Shown piece after piece: positions 35,344-47,959 of a DNA stretch of 64,000 bases. The stretch is from Phoronis australis. Taxonomy: Eukaryota > Animalia > Phoronida. Numbering within the stretch: position 1 is the stretch's first letter; the number at the start of each line of letters is the position of its first letter. Position numbers and translations under genes: made by a program. The notes beneath the pieces are model-generated. The model saw only the letters and a list, made by a program, of their open reading frames with translations. It did not search any database and was not told where the DNA came from. Location of the stretch: NCBI GenBank assembly GCA_002633005.1, contig NMRA01000236.1, positions 247,679 through 311,678 on the forward strand, written 5' to 3'.

Positions 35344-38300
35344 ACAGTGTATATAGAAAAGAGGTGGGTGTAAATAGACCAAGAGATTTTAATAATAGTT
35401 GTAATACGCCACCTCCTCAGAGCGGTGTTAGGAAGTCATTTTGTGTTGTAGTTACATTGTATGAATGTGTGAGTGCATGTGCCAATTACGGATATATTGA
35501 TATGATTACTTCAGCTTGAACTGTCAAGTGGATAAAGGTTTCTTGTTAGATAATTGTTAAATTAAACTTTATTACCTTATATTGCAGGGGGTTGAACACT
35601 GAAATAAAGAGACATTATCTTTTTGACTTTCTTAAAAAAGAAAAGTTTGATGTAGCCTTCTTACAGGAAACCTATAGTTTGGAATAGTCTTTATCTAAAT
35701 GGTGTTTAAAATGGGATGGTTACATTTTTGCTTCTCATGGTTCCTAACATAGTAGGGGAGTTGCTATCATCTACTCCAGAGACATAGATTTTGAATTTAT
35801 TGGCCAAGATGCAGATGGCAGATATGTGTGTGTGGAGGCCACTTTAGACAATACCACTTGTATTTTTAAATACTTACTGCCCGAACGAAAATGCTTCTCA
35901 ACTATATTTTCTAGATAAAATAGATTATATGGAAATAGTAATAATATCTTCTGAGCAGGGGATTATAACTGTCCCTTAGGAGAAATAGACAAACAGGGGC
36001 TGAGGGACACAAGCTGTAAGCAAGTTACTATAGACTGTATAAATAATTTATCTGAAGAGCATAATCTTTTTGATATTTGGAGGTATCATTGTCCTGGCAA
36101 GAAACAATTTACATGGCATGATAAGTATTTTAAGTCCCGAAGTAGAATTGATTACTGGCTTTGTTCCAAGTTTTTAAGGACCATATTAAAAGTAGTATTC
36201 TTAACGATTTTATATATTCTGATCGTGCTGCTGTTAAATTCACAATTTCACTCAATGAAATTTGTGCTAGAGGGCCTGGTTTTTGGTAACTTAATGACAG
36301 CCTTTTAGAAAACGGTGTCTTTGTTATGAATTTGAAAGAAGTTATTACAAAACTGGTTAAGGAGTATGCAGACTTAACCAATAATGGGGAATGGTAAAAC
36401 TGAAAATCAGCGAGCACACCATACTTTTTCAAAACAAAAAAGGACAACTGATGCTAATAAGGAGGAACTCATTAATTTGGTAAATAATTTTACTGTTGAA
36501 TTAGAAAAGGATAACTAAAATAATGAAACCATGGAAGGCTTGGACAAAACCAGAGTAGAATTGCAATTACTGCAGACCCAAAAAGTAACAGGAGATGTGG
36601 TCAGAAGTAGAGCTCAATGGATAGAAAATGGAGAAGGTAACTCCAAATATTTTGGCAACTTGGAAAGACGAAACTACAAGAAAAAATGTATTACTGAGCT
36701 TAAAAATAATAATTAGAGGTCAAGGCCTAATAAGGAAGGAAATACGTGATTATTTTTTCAAGTTATATAGCAGTGATAATAACAAGTTAGAAACAAATTT
36801 AAATTTTCTCAATATGTTTGAATTGCCGGACACTCTATCAATCGATGATGCTTAATTTCTGGAGAGTGATTTTACACAAGCTGAATTTTATGAAATTTTA
36901 AAAAATACTGAGAACAACAAATCGCCAGGAACGGATGGTTTGAGTTATGAATTTTATAAATGTTTTTGGGAAGAATTTAAAGGTACACTCTTTGAGTGTT
37001 TTGAATACAGCCTTTTAGTTGGAAGTTTATATTCCTCACAAAATACAGGAATTATAACTCTTATACCTTAAGTCTAAAGATGACTCAGAATTACAGACAT
37101 TAGATTTTTGGAGACCAATAACATTGTTAAACATTGATTACAAACTGTTAACCAAAGTTCTGACGTCACGTATACAGCAGTTGATACATATTAATCAAAG
37201 TAATTTTAAGGGAAGATTTATTGGTTACAAAATAAGAACAATAGAAGATGTTATTGCATATACAAACTTAAATAAAGTTCAAGGCCACATCCTATTTTTG
37301 GACTTCAAAAAAGTTTATGACACAATTGAATAGAAATTTATTCAAAACGTTTTGCGTGCCTTTAACTTTGGTCCCAATTTTAAAAAAACGGGTTAACATC
37401 CTCTATAACAACTCCACTTCCTGTGTGATTAACAATGGCCTGTCCACTGACTATGTTAAACTTAAAAGAGGTGTTAAACAATGAGACTCATTGTCAGGTC
37501 AGTTATTTTGTTTATGTATAGAAGTAATGGCGAATTGTACTAGAAAACGTAATTTAATTAGAGGTATTAGTATTGAAGGATATGAATTTAAGGTATTGTA
37601 CTATACTGACGATACAACAATATTTCTTCAAGACAAGACTTCGGGTTCCATTTTATTAGACTTCCTTCAAAGTTTTGTGGAAGTTTCTGGATTAAAGTTA
37701 AATCCAAATAAGTGTGAAGGCCTCCATCTTGGCAAGGATAAGGAATCCAATGAAATTTTGTATAACTTTAAATAGTCTGGAAAGCCAGTCAAATGTTTGG
37801 GCACATATTTTGGGCACAATAAGGAAAGAAAGAATGCGCGTAATTATGATGACAAAATTAAAAGTCGCAATATTTCCTTACTTGGAAGAATTGAGTTGAT
37901 CAAAGCTTTTGCTATGTCCAAAATAACTTATGTTATGAATATATTAGTTATGCCTCCTAACAAACGACGGGAGATAAATAATGTTATTCATGGTTGCATA
38001 TGGCAAATAAGTCCCCAAGAGTTAGAGATATTGCTGTAAATAGAAGAGGAAAGAGGGGTCTTAGCTGTTCCAGACGTCAACATTTTGTATACGTCTTTGT
38101 TAATTAAATGGAATAAGCGTTTTTAGAAGGAAACAATAAAGAATGGGATATATTGCCTAAATATGTTTATAGAAAGTATGCAAGTTGTGTTATATTAAAT
38201 CTACTTATGCTTATAAAAATTTGCTTATAGAAAATTTCAACCTATTGTTCTCTGACATGTTATGGTCCTGGGAGCAAATAACAGACTACTTACATAAGAA

Positions 38301-39529
38301 TGTTGGTTTAAAAATCAAGTTGTATGGAATAACAAAAATATTTTGATGAATGGAAAAACTGTGTTCTACATCAAATATTACAATGCTGGAATTGATTTTG
38401 TTTATGACTTATTAGATTTCGAAAATAAATGATTATTCTGGGAGGTTTTAAAGGAAAGATACAAATTAAGCAATTGGATATAGTACATTGCTCTGGCCAA
38501 GGCAATGAAAATTTAAGATAGTTCGATTAATGATGGTGCCAGCAGCATGCACGACTTTGCACGGGATCGAATTGATACGCGATGGACAAAAGATGTATTA
38601 CTCTCCATCCAGAAAGCCATCAGTTTCTGATGTAGAACACAGAATTATTTGCTGACCAGCAAATTAAACAGATTTATATTATGCCTTGTAAAGTGTTGTT
38701 CCAAAATCATTTGAAAGTTTTTAACTATTGTCACATGCACAAAGAAGTTTACGCAAAATATTTTTTAAAGAAAATGAAAATAGTCCAAAACGACAAATGC
38801 TCATTTTGCGGACTCGTAGAAACTTTTAATCACTTGTTTTTGGAATGTGAGCATGTTCTTTCTTTTTGGAATAAATTACAAACTTGGGTTTCAAACGTCG
38901 TTGGAGATAACCTGTTACTGGCTGAAAAACGTGTCCTGCTATTTGCATACTTTGGAGAACATGGCTACGAAATTAATCACATATTAATGTTAGCTCAGTA
39001 CTTTATATGTACTTGTTCGAAGTCTTCATGTATTCCTCTACTTCAGGGATTTCACCCAGTTTTATTCGACACTGTCAAGACATGGAGAGAAACACCCCCT
39101 GACTTGCTGGGATTTTTTGAAACCCTTATACATTCAGTATAAATTCAAGCAGAGCTGAAATGCGCGAATGTAAGAGTGAATGAGTTTGTGTTTGTTTTCT
39201 TTTTTACTGTATTCCATTGTTAATTTCAGTTTATGCAAATAAACTCATTAAAAAAGAAGTCAGAGAGTCCCTTCAATCTTCTTAATTTAAAACCGCTGAT
39301 CGCCGCAGCCCTGACCCGTGTCTCAGACGTTGTCCATGCTTGTGAAGGAGTGTTAGATTCAAGAATCACGATTGGCAGTGATTGGAAGTGAGCTCATCTG
39401 TGAACAATGCAACCAATGCATTAAGAATTATTAAACTTTTGCACACCCTTTAAATGGTAACTAAATGGACAACTGCAATACTTTATTCATGTCTGTTACG
39501 ACTCATTAGCAGACAATAAGAGTAATCAA

Positions 39530-40300
39530 CTGTGTGACTCAGTGGAGTGCTTTGTGGTCAGTACTCCTGTGACGACACCACAGGCCGGGCAATCCGAATT
39601 AAAGAAAACACTTGGTTCTGTGTCACATATATACGTACGTTTACTGAAAAAAACAACAACGAGATATCAAAATCTACCAAACATGACTCTGCATACAGGA
39701 TAACATTCCACGATAGCTAAATAGCAAAACCTATAAACAGTAGTTAAACTAGCAGTAACGTCAGACTAAACAGAGTAAGCAAGTCACTGACCAAATTCTA
39801 GTAACTGATTTTACACAGTATAAGAGAAAACAAAATAAAAAAATTTCCACTTACAGAATGTGAAGCCCTGTGGCTACCAAACCTAACATCTGTCTCACAA
39901 GACTGTCAGAAAACTAATGCAGCGGCTGTGCACCACACCCATGGTCAATCTGAGTACATCTCCATAACAATATTTCAAAGACAATAGCTCAATGAAAATA
40001 TAAGAGCACATGTGTCACTCTACAGGAAGTAAAGTAGACACCTGGTGGCCACACTACAGACTACATAAATAAAACAAACCCTGGCTAAGTGCACTAACAA
40101 CTCCTGTTTGGGAGACCTGGGTTCGAATCCTGGCGTCACTGGAGCATTGCACAAGTGTGTCTCCCACACCTCTGAGCTCGGTCTTAGTAGTGAAGGTGTT
40201 CAAGAGTGTGAATTAGAACTTGGATATAATGCGAAAGCGACTTCTGGGGCTGTGCTTATAATCAAGCAAAAAAACTGTCGGTATTGTGGACATTCGTGAA
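39530..40300 (+). repeat. tRNA-derived SINE split by a solo LTR
   Basis: gactcagtggagtg...tggtcagtactcc | tgtttgggagacctgGGTTCGAATCCtgg rejoin once the LTR is removed; outer boundaries are approximate. Confidence 0.6.
39568..40099 (-). mobile_element. Solo LTR (532 bp) with 5-bp TSD ACTCC
   Basis: TG...CA termini; ACTCC at 39563-39567 and 40100-40104; orientation inferred from base composition only. Confidence 0.82.
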
Positions 40301-41923
40301 CATGCTCGTCGGTGTTTTCTCAGTGCAAGAAAAACACGGTTATAGTTAAATTCTGATTTTTGAGCAAGACGGAGGGCTGCCTATAGTTAACTTAACGTCG
40401 GCTTCTACTGAATTTAACATGACGGAAACGTACACACGTGCACTTGCATGCATGTCAATCCACCAATATACAATCGAAGTGGACACTGGATGAAGAACAT
40501 ACCTGTTCTTGACGAACACTTTCAATTCCATATTTGAAAACGCCTGGCCTTTACTATGCTAGGAAGCAATATCGGATAACAAACATACTTTCTGCTGTTT
40601 TGTTTCTTGGTCAATTTTAAGGCAGTCACATCGCACTACTTTTTGAGAACTCTCTCGCTGCTATACAGCTTAGCTAGGTGTAGACATTTACTTCTAGACT
40701 CCCGTGTTACCCTACGGTGTAACCACAACGTGAGTAACATAAACATGCGCGGCGCAGCACTGAAAAAAGTGGGGCTATAGACCCCCTAGACCCCTATGGT
40801 GCGCCGACCATGATTAAAGTCTCCTCTAATGGTCTGGACGATCCTGTAATTTACTCAAATGCCACTCGGGCGAAGTTGGCCGGGTTCGGCCAGGTGGTTA
40901 CGTGAAGCGCTTTCAATCTGTAATAGAGCAAGTCTCCACTGAACATCAAAAACGTGTATTTCCTCTCATCAGACATACGTTTCAGTTCAACTGATAACGA
41001 TCAATTTTCATGAAGGCAAAGGAAGGAAACACCCTTCTTCTAAGACTGTCGCTAGCGAAGTGCCCGACACATACAGTCGCACCCACATGCCCACGTAACA
41101 AAGGCGCACTGAGACGCAACAAAGACATTAGCATAAGAATAACTGAACATTTGCAACTAAATAAGAATAACAATAAGCGTAAAGTTACGAACGTCCCGTC
41201 ACAAATCATTAGCAAATTCATAATTACTAACATCAGTTATCATTGTAGTTAGTAGGACCAGTAGCTGCAACTATTTTAGTGTTGTCCATCTGAATCCTAT
41301 CTTAGATGGATAGACTAGGGCTGGAACTTTTCCGCGGAGGGACGGTTCGATCGAACCCCTCGAACCCCCTGGCTACGGGCCTGAAAACCACAGTCGAGCT
41401 TGGTTTTAGAGAATGGCTGGCAGACAGCGTCAAGTATTGACAAGTCGCAAAAACGGAACGTGTTTTGGGGTTTTACAGCTCAAGTCAAAAGCTAATAACT
41501 TCGTGAAGAAAATTCCACCCAACAACAAATCCAAAACGTAATATCAACCCGGCAAATTCATGCGTCTTTGATATCCTAATTGCAGTCACCGTATAGTAAA
41601 TAATCGAAACTTCTTTTAAAATATTCCCCCTCAAAAACTGATTATTCCGATAAATGCCGGCGTCCATATTTCTAAATTCTTTTTACACTGATAAAAAGTA
41701 CGAAAGGACAAAAGTATTTAACTTAAAAGTGTCGTATTTTCATAACATGTGTGAATGAGGTCCTCGATGCACCTACAAATATATTATGTCTATGCTCAAC
41801 GATGGGCGGTGTCTTTATTCTGTTGGCAAAGTAAAGCACTTGACTAATACCATTTTAAATTAAAAAACCATAGCCAGAATATAATATTATATAATAAATT
41901 CGAGTCGCATATTTGGCCAGAAT

Positions 41924-42458
41924 TAGAGTTGGGTACTAGCGGGACACTAGACTTTTTAGAATTTTCACCAACTTTTAGTACCAGAGCAGTAAAGCAGCAG
42001 CTTCAGTCTACTCGTTTCCCGAAGTGGCTTTCAGATATTCGATAAATCAGGAATGTTGACTTTATCAGATAAAAATGCCATTCGAAAATCCTGTGCTTTT
42101 TATGTCAAAAACAAGTTTTGTTTTAGGCCACTCACCGTTATAAAATGCCTTAATATGATTAGAAGCAATCCTCAGGCTTTTTAAGACTTGCCACATGAAG
42201 CCCATCAACTGCCCTCGGAATGCAAATGATTTTCAGCAAGGAACGTGTAATTCTTGTTTCAAACACATCGTATATCCCAGTTCATCATCAACGTCCAAAT
42301 TTATGCAACATTTGAAACGACCTCACCGCGTCGACGTTTGCGAACACAGTGAACTGAAGATGCAACTTGTGCAGAGACAAACAAGCACAGAAACGACCAC
42401 AACCAAAACCAACGGCTACGAGCCAACTGAGGCTAACAGGCACGGAATTAAAACATAA
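41924..42458 (+). mobile_element. hAT-like transposon 5' remnant with a BED zinc finger
   Basis: TAGAGTTGGG-type start; translation TCNSCFKHIVYPSSSSTSKFMQHLKRPH fits the BED C-x2-C...H-x4-H pattern with the TS..HL signature. Confidence 0.65.
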
Positions 42459-44016
42459 ATCTAAAAGCACACAACAAATAACGACGTGCTGCTGCAGGTA
42501 ACTGAATTTGAATAATTTCCAGTTCATTGTAGTAGTGAATTTAACACAGAGGGGCACTCCTATAGAAATCATAGAATAGAACAGGAACAATCGTCATGTA
42601 TACAAGAGGTAGCACTCTCTGACAATGAGCCATTTTCTTATGTCATGTGTCTAAATAGGTGGGTATGCTAATTTTTAACTTGCACCTCAAGACAAAAAAA
42701 TAAGAGAGTGTCTCCGGGTAACAAAGACTACGAGAGATTTTGGGTGCAGAAAAGGAATAAAACAAGAGCCAGAGTCTGAAGGGCCTGTAATGGAAAAGTG
42801 TTAGACGCAGTGTGTTCCATCGAAATTGGAATACCGGAGTTAAACAGGTATCCGGGAATCGTAAATAGACCCCTGCATCTTCAAAACCGTTAACTAGACC
42901 GAAAACATGAACACCAGCGTTTAAAACATTAATTCCGAGGATAGAACCGGAAACTTGGAAAATTTTTCAAAATTTCTGAGACATCAGTAGCCTCAAACTT
43001 TAAGTTGAAGCATCTTCAATTACTTTCCAGTTGCTTTCTGAATTTGTTTGTTAAAAATTTTCAATAATAAAACGTAGGTTATTTGAGTTTTATCGGTAAC
43101 ACTTGGGCAACTTGTCTGTGGGCGAATTTCAACATAATTTATACTTTCAAAACGTTATCTCGGTGTAAATTTAGTTCACTTAATTTAAGATTATTCAATA
43201 CTTTCTCCAATAACATTTTCAAAAATGGGTTCGTAGATTTACTAGTACATTATTTCCAGCACAATCAATTTCTGGGTTTTGAAATGGACCGGTAGAATTA
43301 GTCACTTAAAAGACCTGCACCGTTACCAATTTCACAGTTCCTGCCCTCAAAAAAGTGTACTTCAACTCCTCATTGATCATTAGAACGGAATCTGGAATAG
43401 CAATTTCTGAACTCTATGCATTCACACTGTTTTGGGCGGCTCACTGCTGCGAAATATGCTCTGAATTCGGTTTGCTGGTATTCAAATACTAAAAACGTGT
43501 AAATAAACGATACTAGTTCCAATAATTTGTTATGACATGTGCAAAACCTCGTGGAAGAAGAACGGTTGAAGAATTGGTGATAAAGAAACTGGCCAATAGG
43601 TAACGCAATATTTCATGGCGCCGAAAGCCGACGCAAAACATCGCACCACGTCTTAAGAAGCAGAAAAACGGTATAACGCCAACGGTCACACGTTGTTTAA
43701 AACTCTCATATAGTAAAACAACAGATCACAAAATCTACGTAAAGTAGAAAGATTTATTTTTTTTCATCAAAATGTCAAATTGATACATGTATTATGAACA
43801 AAAATCACTGTAAAGGTATGTTCTTGAGATAAACTATGCTTGACAGAAAGTGTAGAAGTGGTGTTTCGGTTCCAGGGTGCCCTGTTCGATCTCTGGGTTT
43901 CCTGCTTTAAAGATCGGGGTTCGTATTTTTCGGGGTTATTAGCTGTTTTGAAGTTGATCCGGGATATCTGTTTTGAAACCGGGGTTCCAATTTCGATGGA
44001 ACACCATGAAACATAG

Positions 44017-44273
44017 GGGGACCGTTTCAAGACACTGACTGAAGTTCATTAATGACTTAAGTCTAAAAATTGTCTCTACTTACAGACTTTGAAACGCCCA
44101 CATCCGACACGTTAAGTCAAAATTTAGACAAAGCTTACATGTAAGTCAAAAACTTAACTCCAAACTCAAGATCTCTTTTTCGAAATGGACTTGGAACAAG
44201 TTTAAGTTTTGGTTTAAGATCGACTGAAATTTAAGATTTGTCTTATTTAAATCAGTTTCCTTGAAACGGGCCT
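44017..44273. mobile_element. PIF/Harbinger (Tourist)-like MITE
   Basis: TIR ggggaccgtttcaag / cttgaaacgggcct, internal ttaag(t/a) repeats. Confidence 0.6.
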
Positions 44274-45034
44274 CGGGACTTTTTCCGAAGCTACAGTGAA
44301 GATTTAAAAATTGTCGTTTTCAGGTCAGCTTGCAATATATATTATTTCTAAATAATATGAGCTAGTAAAAAGCTGCCTAAACGGTGGGTTGCTTGGTCCG
44401 CGTTTTCAGTCGTGTGGATAAGCGGAAAAGCAACTTTCGAAAGAGCTGACGTCACAATGATGTTACAGTATTTGTTTGAAAGAAGACATTTTTGAGAACG
44501 CAAAGAAAAAGTTGCGTTTTACTAAGGATAGCTGGCATATTCGTGTGAACTGACAGAGAACTTTTCGAAGAGGACCTGAAAATGCAATCACATGGACATA
44601 GATTTGAAAACGATACAGAAACAACGCTTGTGTGAGCGCGTAGGCGGTACTTATGGGCACGGGTTATCACAATGGGTATACGAATCAACCCCACAAAGAA
44701 ATGTAACCTATAAACTTAACAGGACGAAAGTGACCTCACGCTCTTCAAATGAAAACCTTACAGTTACACATTTCATTGCAGTTTGATGTCAACATTTCAT
44801 TGCTGTATGATATGTCAAACCTACTGAACATGAAGTAGCGTGCACACATTACTTGGTGACCTACAATTGTGTGATGTCATAGTGAAATTCAGCGCGTCAT
44901 AATTGTGTACTATGCAAATGTTTTGTGCAGTATGCGTTCAGTGTCTAATCCATATGCTATGTGATGGACAACGACTCACATTTGATGTCAGTCAGAAGTT
45001 TAGAATCGCAGTTTTTCCCTTAATTGTGGTGAAG

Positions 45035-45137
45035 ATGGGGAAGAAAAAGAATGCTGCAATAGTCCAACTTGTGCTAGGAATACTGTCACTTGTAACTGGC
45101 TTGGTAATAATGTTCTGTTACCTACTATTCCCGGCAG
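45035..45137 (+). CDS. Four-TM MS4A/CD20-like gene, exon 1 (MGKKKNAAIVQLVLGILSLVTGLVIMFCYLLFPA)
   Basis: Kozak-like aagATGG, hydrophobic helix with the VQxxLG motif typical of MS4A TM1, CAG|GTACGT donor in phase 1. Confidence 0.75.
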
Positions 45138-45609
45138 GTACGTCAGAATGAAATTCTTATTTGGAATCACAGGCCCATCAAGGCATCATCACCGAACAAA
45201 ATCTGTGAATATCTTCTTTCACCTGGTCACATCAAATTGCCTTCGAGTTGTGACTATACCACAAAAATGTCAAAAAACAACACCAAAACCACAAATTCAA
45301 GAAAGCTATTTTGTGACGTTCGTGGCAATCGACCTTTGTGCACATCCTAATTTGTCACGGACGCTCCCGAAGCAATTCCGAAGCTCTGTTTTCGCACGTC
45401 CACGAATGTTATTTGAGTTTCCTCCGCATTGGTTTCGTGTCAGTTTGAATGCTTTTAAACTCTGGTTTTGAAAAATAACGATGCTTACATGTATAATCAA
45501 AGAACTACGGGTTGCTGCCTACAAACGTAAGCCTACTACGAAATCCGGTGATTTCCCGCATTGAACGTGCAGCCAGACATCGGAAATTTCTGCCAAAACC
45601 CTAGCCTTG

Positions 45610-45990
45610 GTACAAAGCTGTATACTAAATATACAGCTGTGCGTCGATGTGGGTAAAAAGTGTTAAGATAAAATCTGAATAACACAAAATTAGTGTCATT
45701 AAAAACAACAGTCTTCCTTGAGTAAACTAAATTATTTAACGGTGTTGGAAAAAATGGCGTTCTACCGTTATTCTGCTGCTAAATTTGTGGAGGGATCTTC
45801 TGCGTCCGTTTTTCGCCAATTCTTCAATGAAGTGTCGTTTTTTAACGAGGTGGCGTACACGTCACAACAAATTATTGGAACTGGTTTCACTTCATTATAA
45901 GGTTTTAGAATTTCGATACCAAAAAAAAAGATTTTCAGAACAAATTTTGTTGCTGCAAAGTTGTTGCACAAATTTAGGAAATGGCGCGTG
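45610..45990 (+). repeat. Dispersed MITE-like family (copies ~48640-48940 direct, ~49050-49375 inverted, partial ~43560-43660)
   Basis: Shared aaagctgta(t/c)actaaatatacagct...gtgggtaaaaa...acggtgttggaaaaatggcgttctac blocks. Confidence 0.7.
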
Positions 45991-47171
45991 CGCGTGACGC
46001 GAGCGTATTGTTTTCAAAACGACAACATACTTTTCATTGTTACAAAAAGTCGAGAATGACACAAGAGAATGGCGTTTGTTGAATTGCTTTTCATTTAAAC
46101 TGTTGTAACGGGCAAGGTGAGCGTCGGTTGATTCTGCATGCACCAGGTCCAGTCGACCTTTAGCTCTACATGTTGATACAGATTTCACGGCGGGCTGAGA
46201 ATTACCCTGGCTGTGTGTCTACGGAAGAAAAACACACAGTGGTACCTAGCTGTATTTTGACGATAGTCTTTCATACAGCTAGCTGGCTGGCTTGATGATA
46301 GTCTTCATAAAGTTAGCTGGCTGGCTAGCTGGCTACCAAAAAACCAAGCGTTCGTTGTGCTTCAACTACATACTGACAAGATCAAAGACAAGATACTCCA
46401 GTTCTTGCAATTAAATTCTAGATTAAGGGATAAAATGAACTAAAGAAGAAGTAAAATACACAGAAGTGGAAGGCTAATTTTAGCAACATCTGGGGACAAA
46501 TTTCTTGACTTAAACAAAAGGCTTGCTTGCTCTAACTCGAAATTCTATCCTAAACAGGCGTGCACGTTAAAAGACAACTGAAATCCGCCATTGTAACCAT
46601 TAAGCCTCTTTGAATTCAGAGTTTTCTGATTGTTTTTGAAAATCCGTCGCCAACTCACAATTTAATAGGATCAGGGGAAGACAAAGCTTCAGAGGTTTAC
46701 GCAATACCAGTTTGAGAGTGGTGCACGCAGATTTCATTTGGATTTGGGACAGTTGAAAATGGGAGCCTATGCTCGGCAGTTTTACTCTCCAACCTTTATG
46801 TTTTTATATTGTGAATCATCGGGAAATTCGTCGGCCTGTGTTTGGAATCTTAAAATCAAGATACGTTGAATATAATTTTACCATCTCTTCGGAGATTACA
46901 AACCACTAGCCAATATACCTAGCATGTATGTACATGTACCTAGTCGATAAACCATTAAACACGCAGGCTTGGAAGTCCGTACATCGAAAGCGTAGAATTA
47001 AGTGGCAAACATAAGTGGCGTACATAAGATACTCGAATTAAACATCAACTAAGCCTCCACACGTCGAAATTGCGATCGCGTAAACACATTTATACCACAA
47101 TATTAGCGTCAAATGGCAGATACAACCGTGTAATAACCCATAAAGTTATCTCACTAGTGAGATAACGATTT

Positions 47172-47251
47172 GGCGGGAAACCGAGGACGGAGTCGAACCC
47201 AGGACCTTGAGTTTGATGGTCGCCGACCTTAACCACTACACCACGCAGCGG
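47172..47251 (-). repeat. tRNA-derived SINE head
   Basis: Reverse strand TGGTGTAGTGG A-box and GGTTCGACTCC B-box; no complete cloverleaf. Confidence 0.7.
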
Positions 47252-47795
47252 CTGACGTCATCAAGAGTGAAAATAGAATACTTAAATGAGCACGCGCAAT
47301 AATCGCACGTTCAACAAACCGCATTGTACTGTACTTACACGCTACGAAAAATAAGACACATAATTTCCATAAAAACGATATCTTAATTCAGTGAAATTTT
47401 TCTCTCATGTCCTCTTACTTGTAAATCACCGATCTCCAGTTTGAATGCGGGTATCGTGTCGTCAGGATCTTTGACTTGAGAATTATATTCAGTTACCAGT
47501 GGTAACCTACTTTAGCAGACGATAATTTCCCGGTCGAAGCTTAGCGTGAAAAAAACGTGTTTTAAGCTATAATAGTTGGTAAACCTTAATTTATAAATTC
47601 AGTTTATTTCTATTATATTTAAGTTTTCAATTGGTTTTGAGTAAAAGCATTATTTGACAAAAATAGCCGGCTTTTCTTAAAAGGTCACGACCTCCGACCC
47701 CGGGCCTCTGACATAGAAAGTAGTTACAAAGCCGTGGAGAGTCAGAAAAGGTAAATCGATTCATTGCAATGTTTCTCGTTTAGTATGTGGTATAA

Positions 47796-47959
47796 ATAGA
47801 TTATTACATGTTCTCAGCCGTTATCCCCCTTATCTAGAGCCCTCGTGGATTTTGGAGAATTATCACCCTCGGGGCTAACGCCCCTCGGGCGATAATTCAC
47901 CAAAATCCACTCGGGCTCTAGATAACGTGGGATAACGACTTCGCCATGTAATAATCTAT
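47796..47959. repeat. ~165-bp imperfect hairpin sharing its core with the 7509-7586 palindrome
   Basis: atagattattacatg...gtggattttggagaattatc.ccc..ggggc-taac-gcccctcgggcgataatt...ccaaaatccac...catgtaataatctat. Confidence 0.9.

Larger units (their letters stand above)
34461..35438 (+). mobile_element. 5'-truncated Penelope-like element with an inverted partial pLTR, inserted between Tx1 ORF1 and ORF2
   Basis: 34461-34582 is the reverse complement of ~35280-35401; direct repeat TTTTGTGTTGTA at 34449-34460 and 35439-35450; GIY-YIG ORF. Confidence 0.9.
33387..39253 (+). mobile_element. Full-length but decayed Tx1/L1-clade LINE (ORF1 ~33757-34348; ORF2 ~35570-39142) with 11-bp TSD AAGAAGTCAGA
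   Basis: TSD at 33376-33386 and 39254-39264; LEQYSRRNSVRIYG/IDRAHRIG; CRGLN, LQETYS, RSRAQWIENGE, KSPGTDG, WRPITLLNIDYK, LDFKKVYD, YYTDDTT, CSFCGLVETFNHLFLEC; many stops and frameshifts; AATAAA plus A-tail. Confidence 0.92.

Noticed and set aside
47172-47251. Possible genuine tRNA genes (also ~6640-6712, 35176-35256, 40110-40140, 50236-50305)
   Set aside because: A and B boxes are present but acceptor and anticodon stems do not pair; SINE-derived
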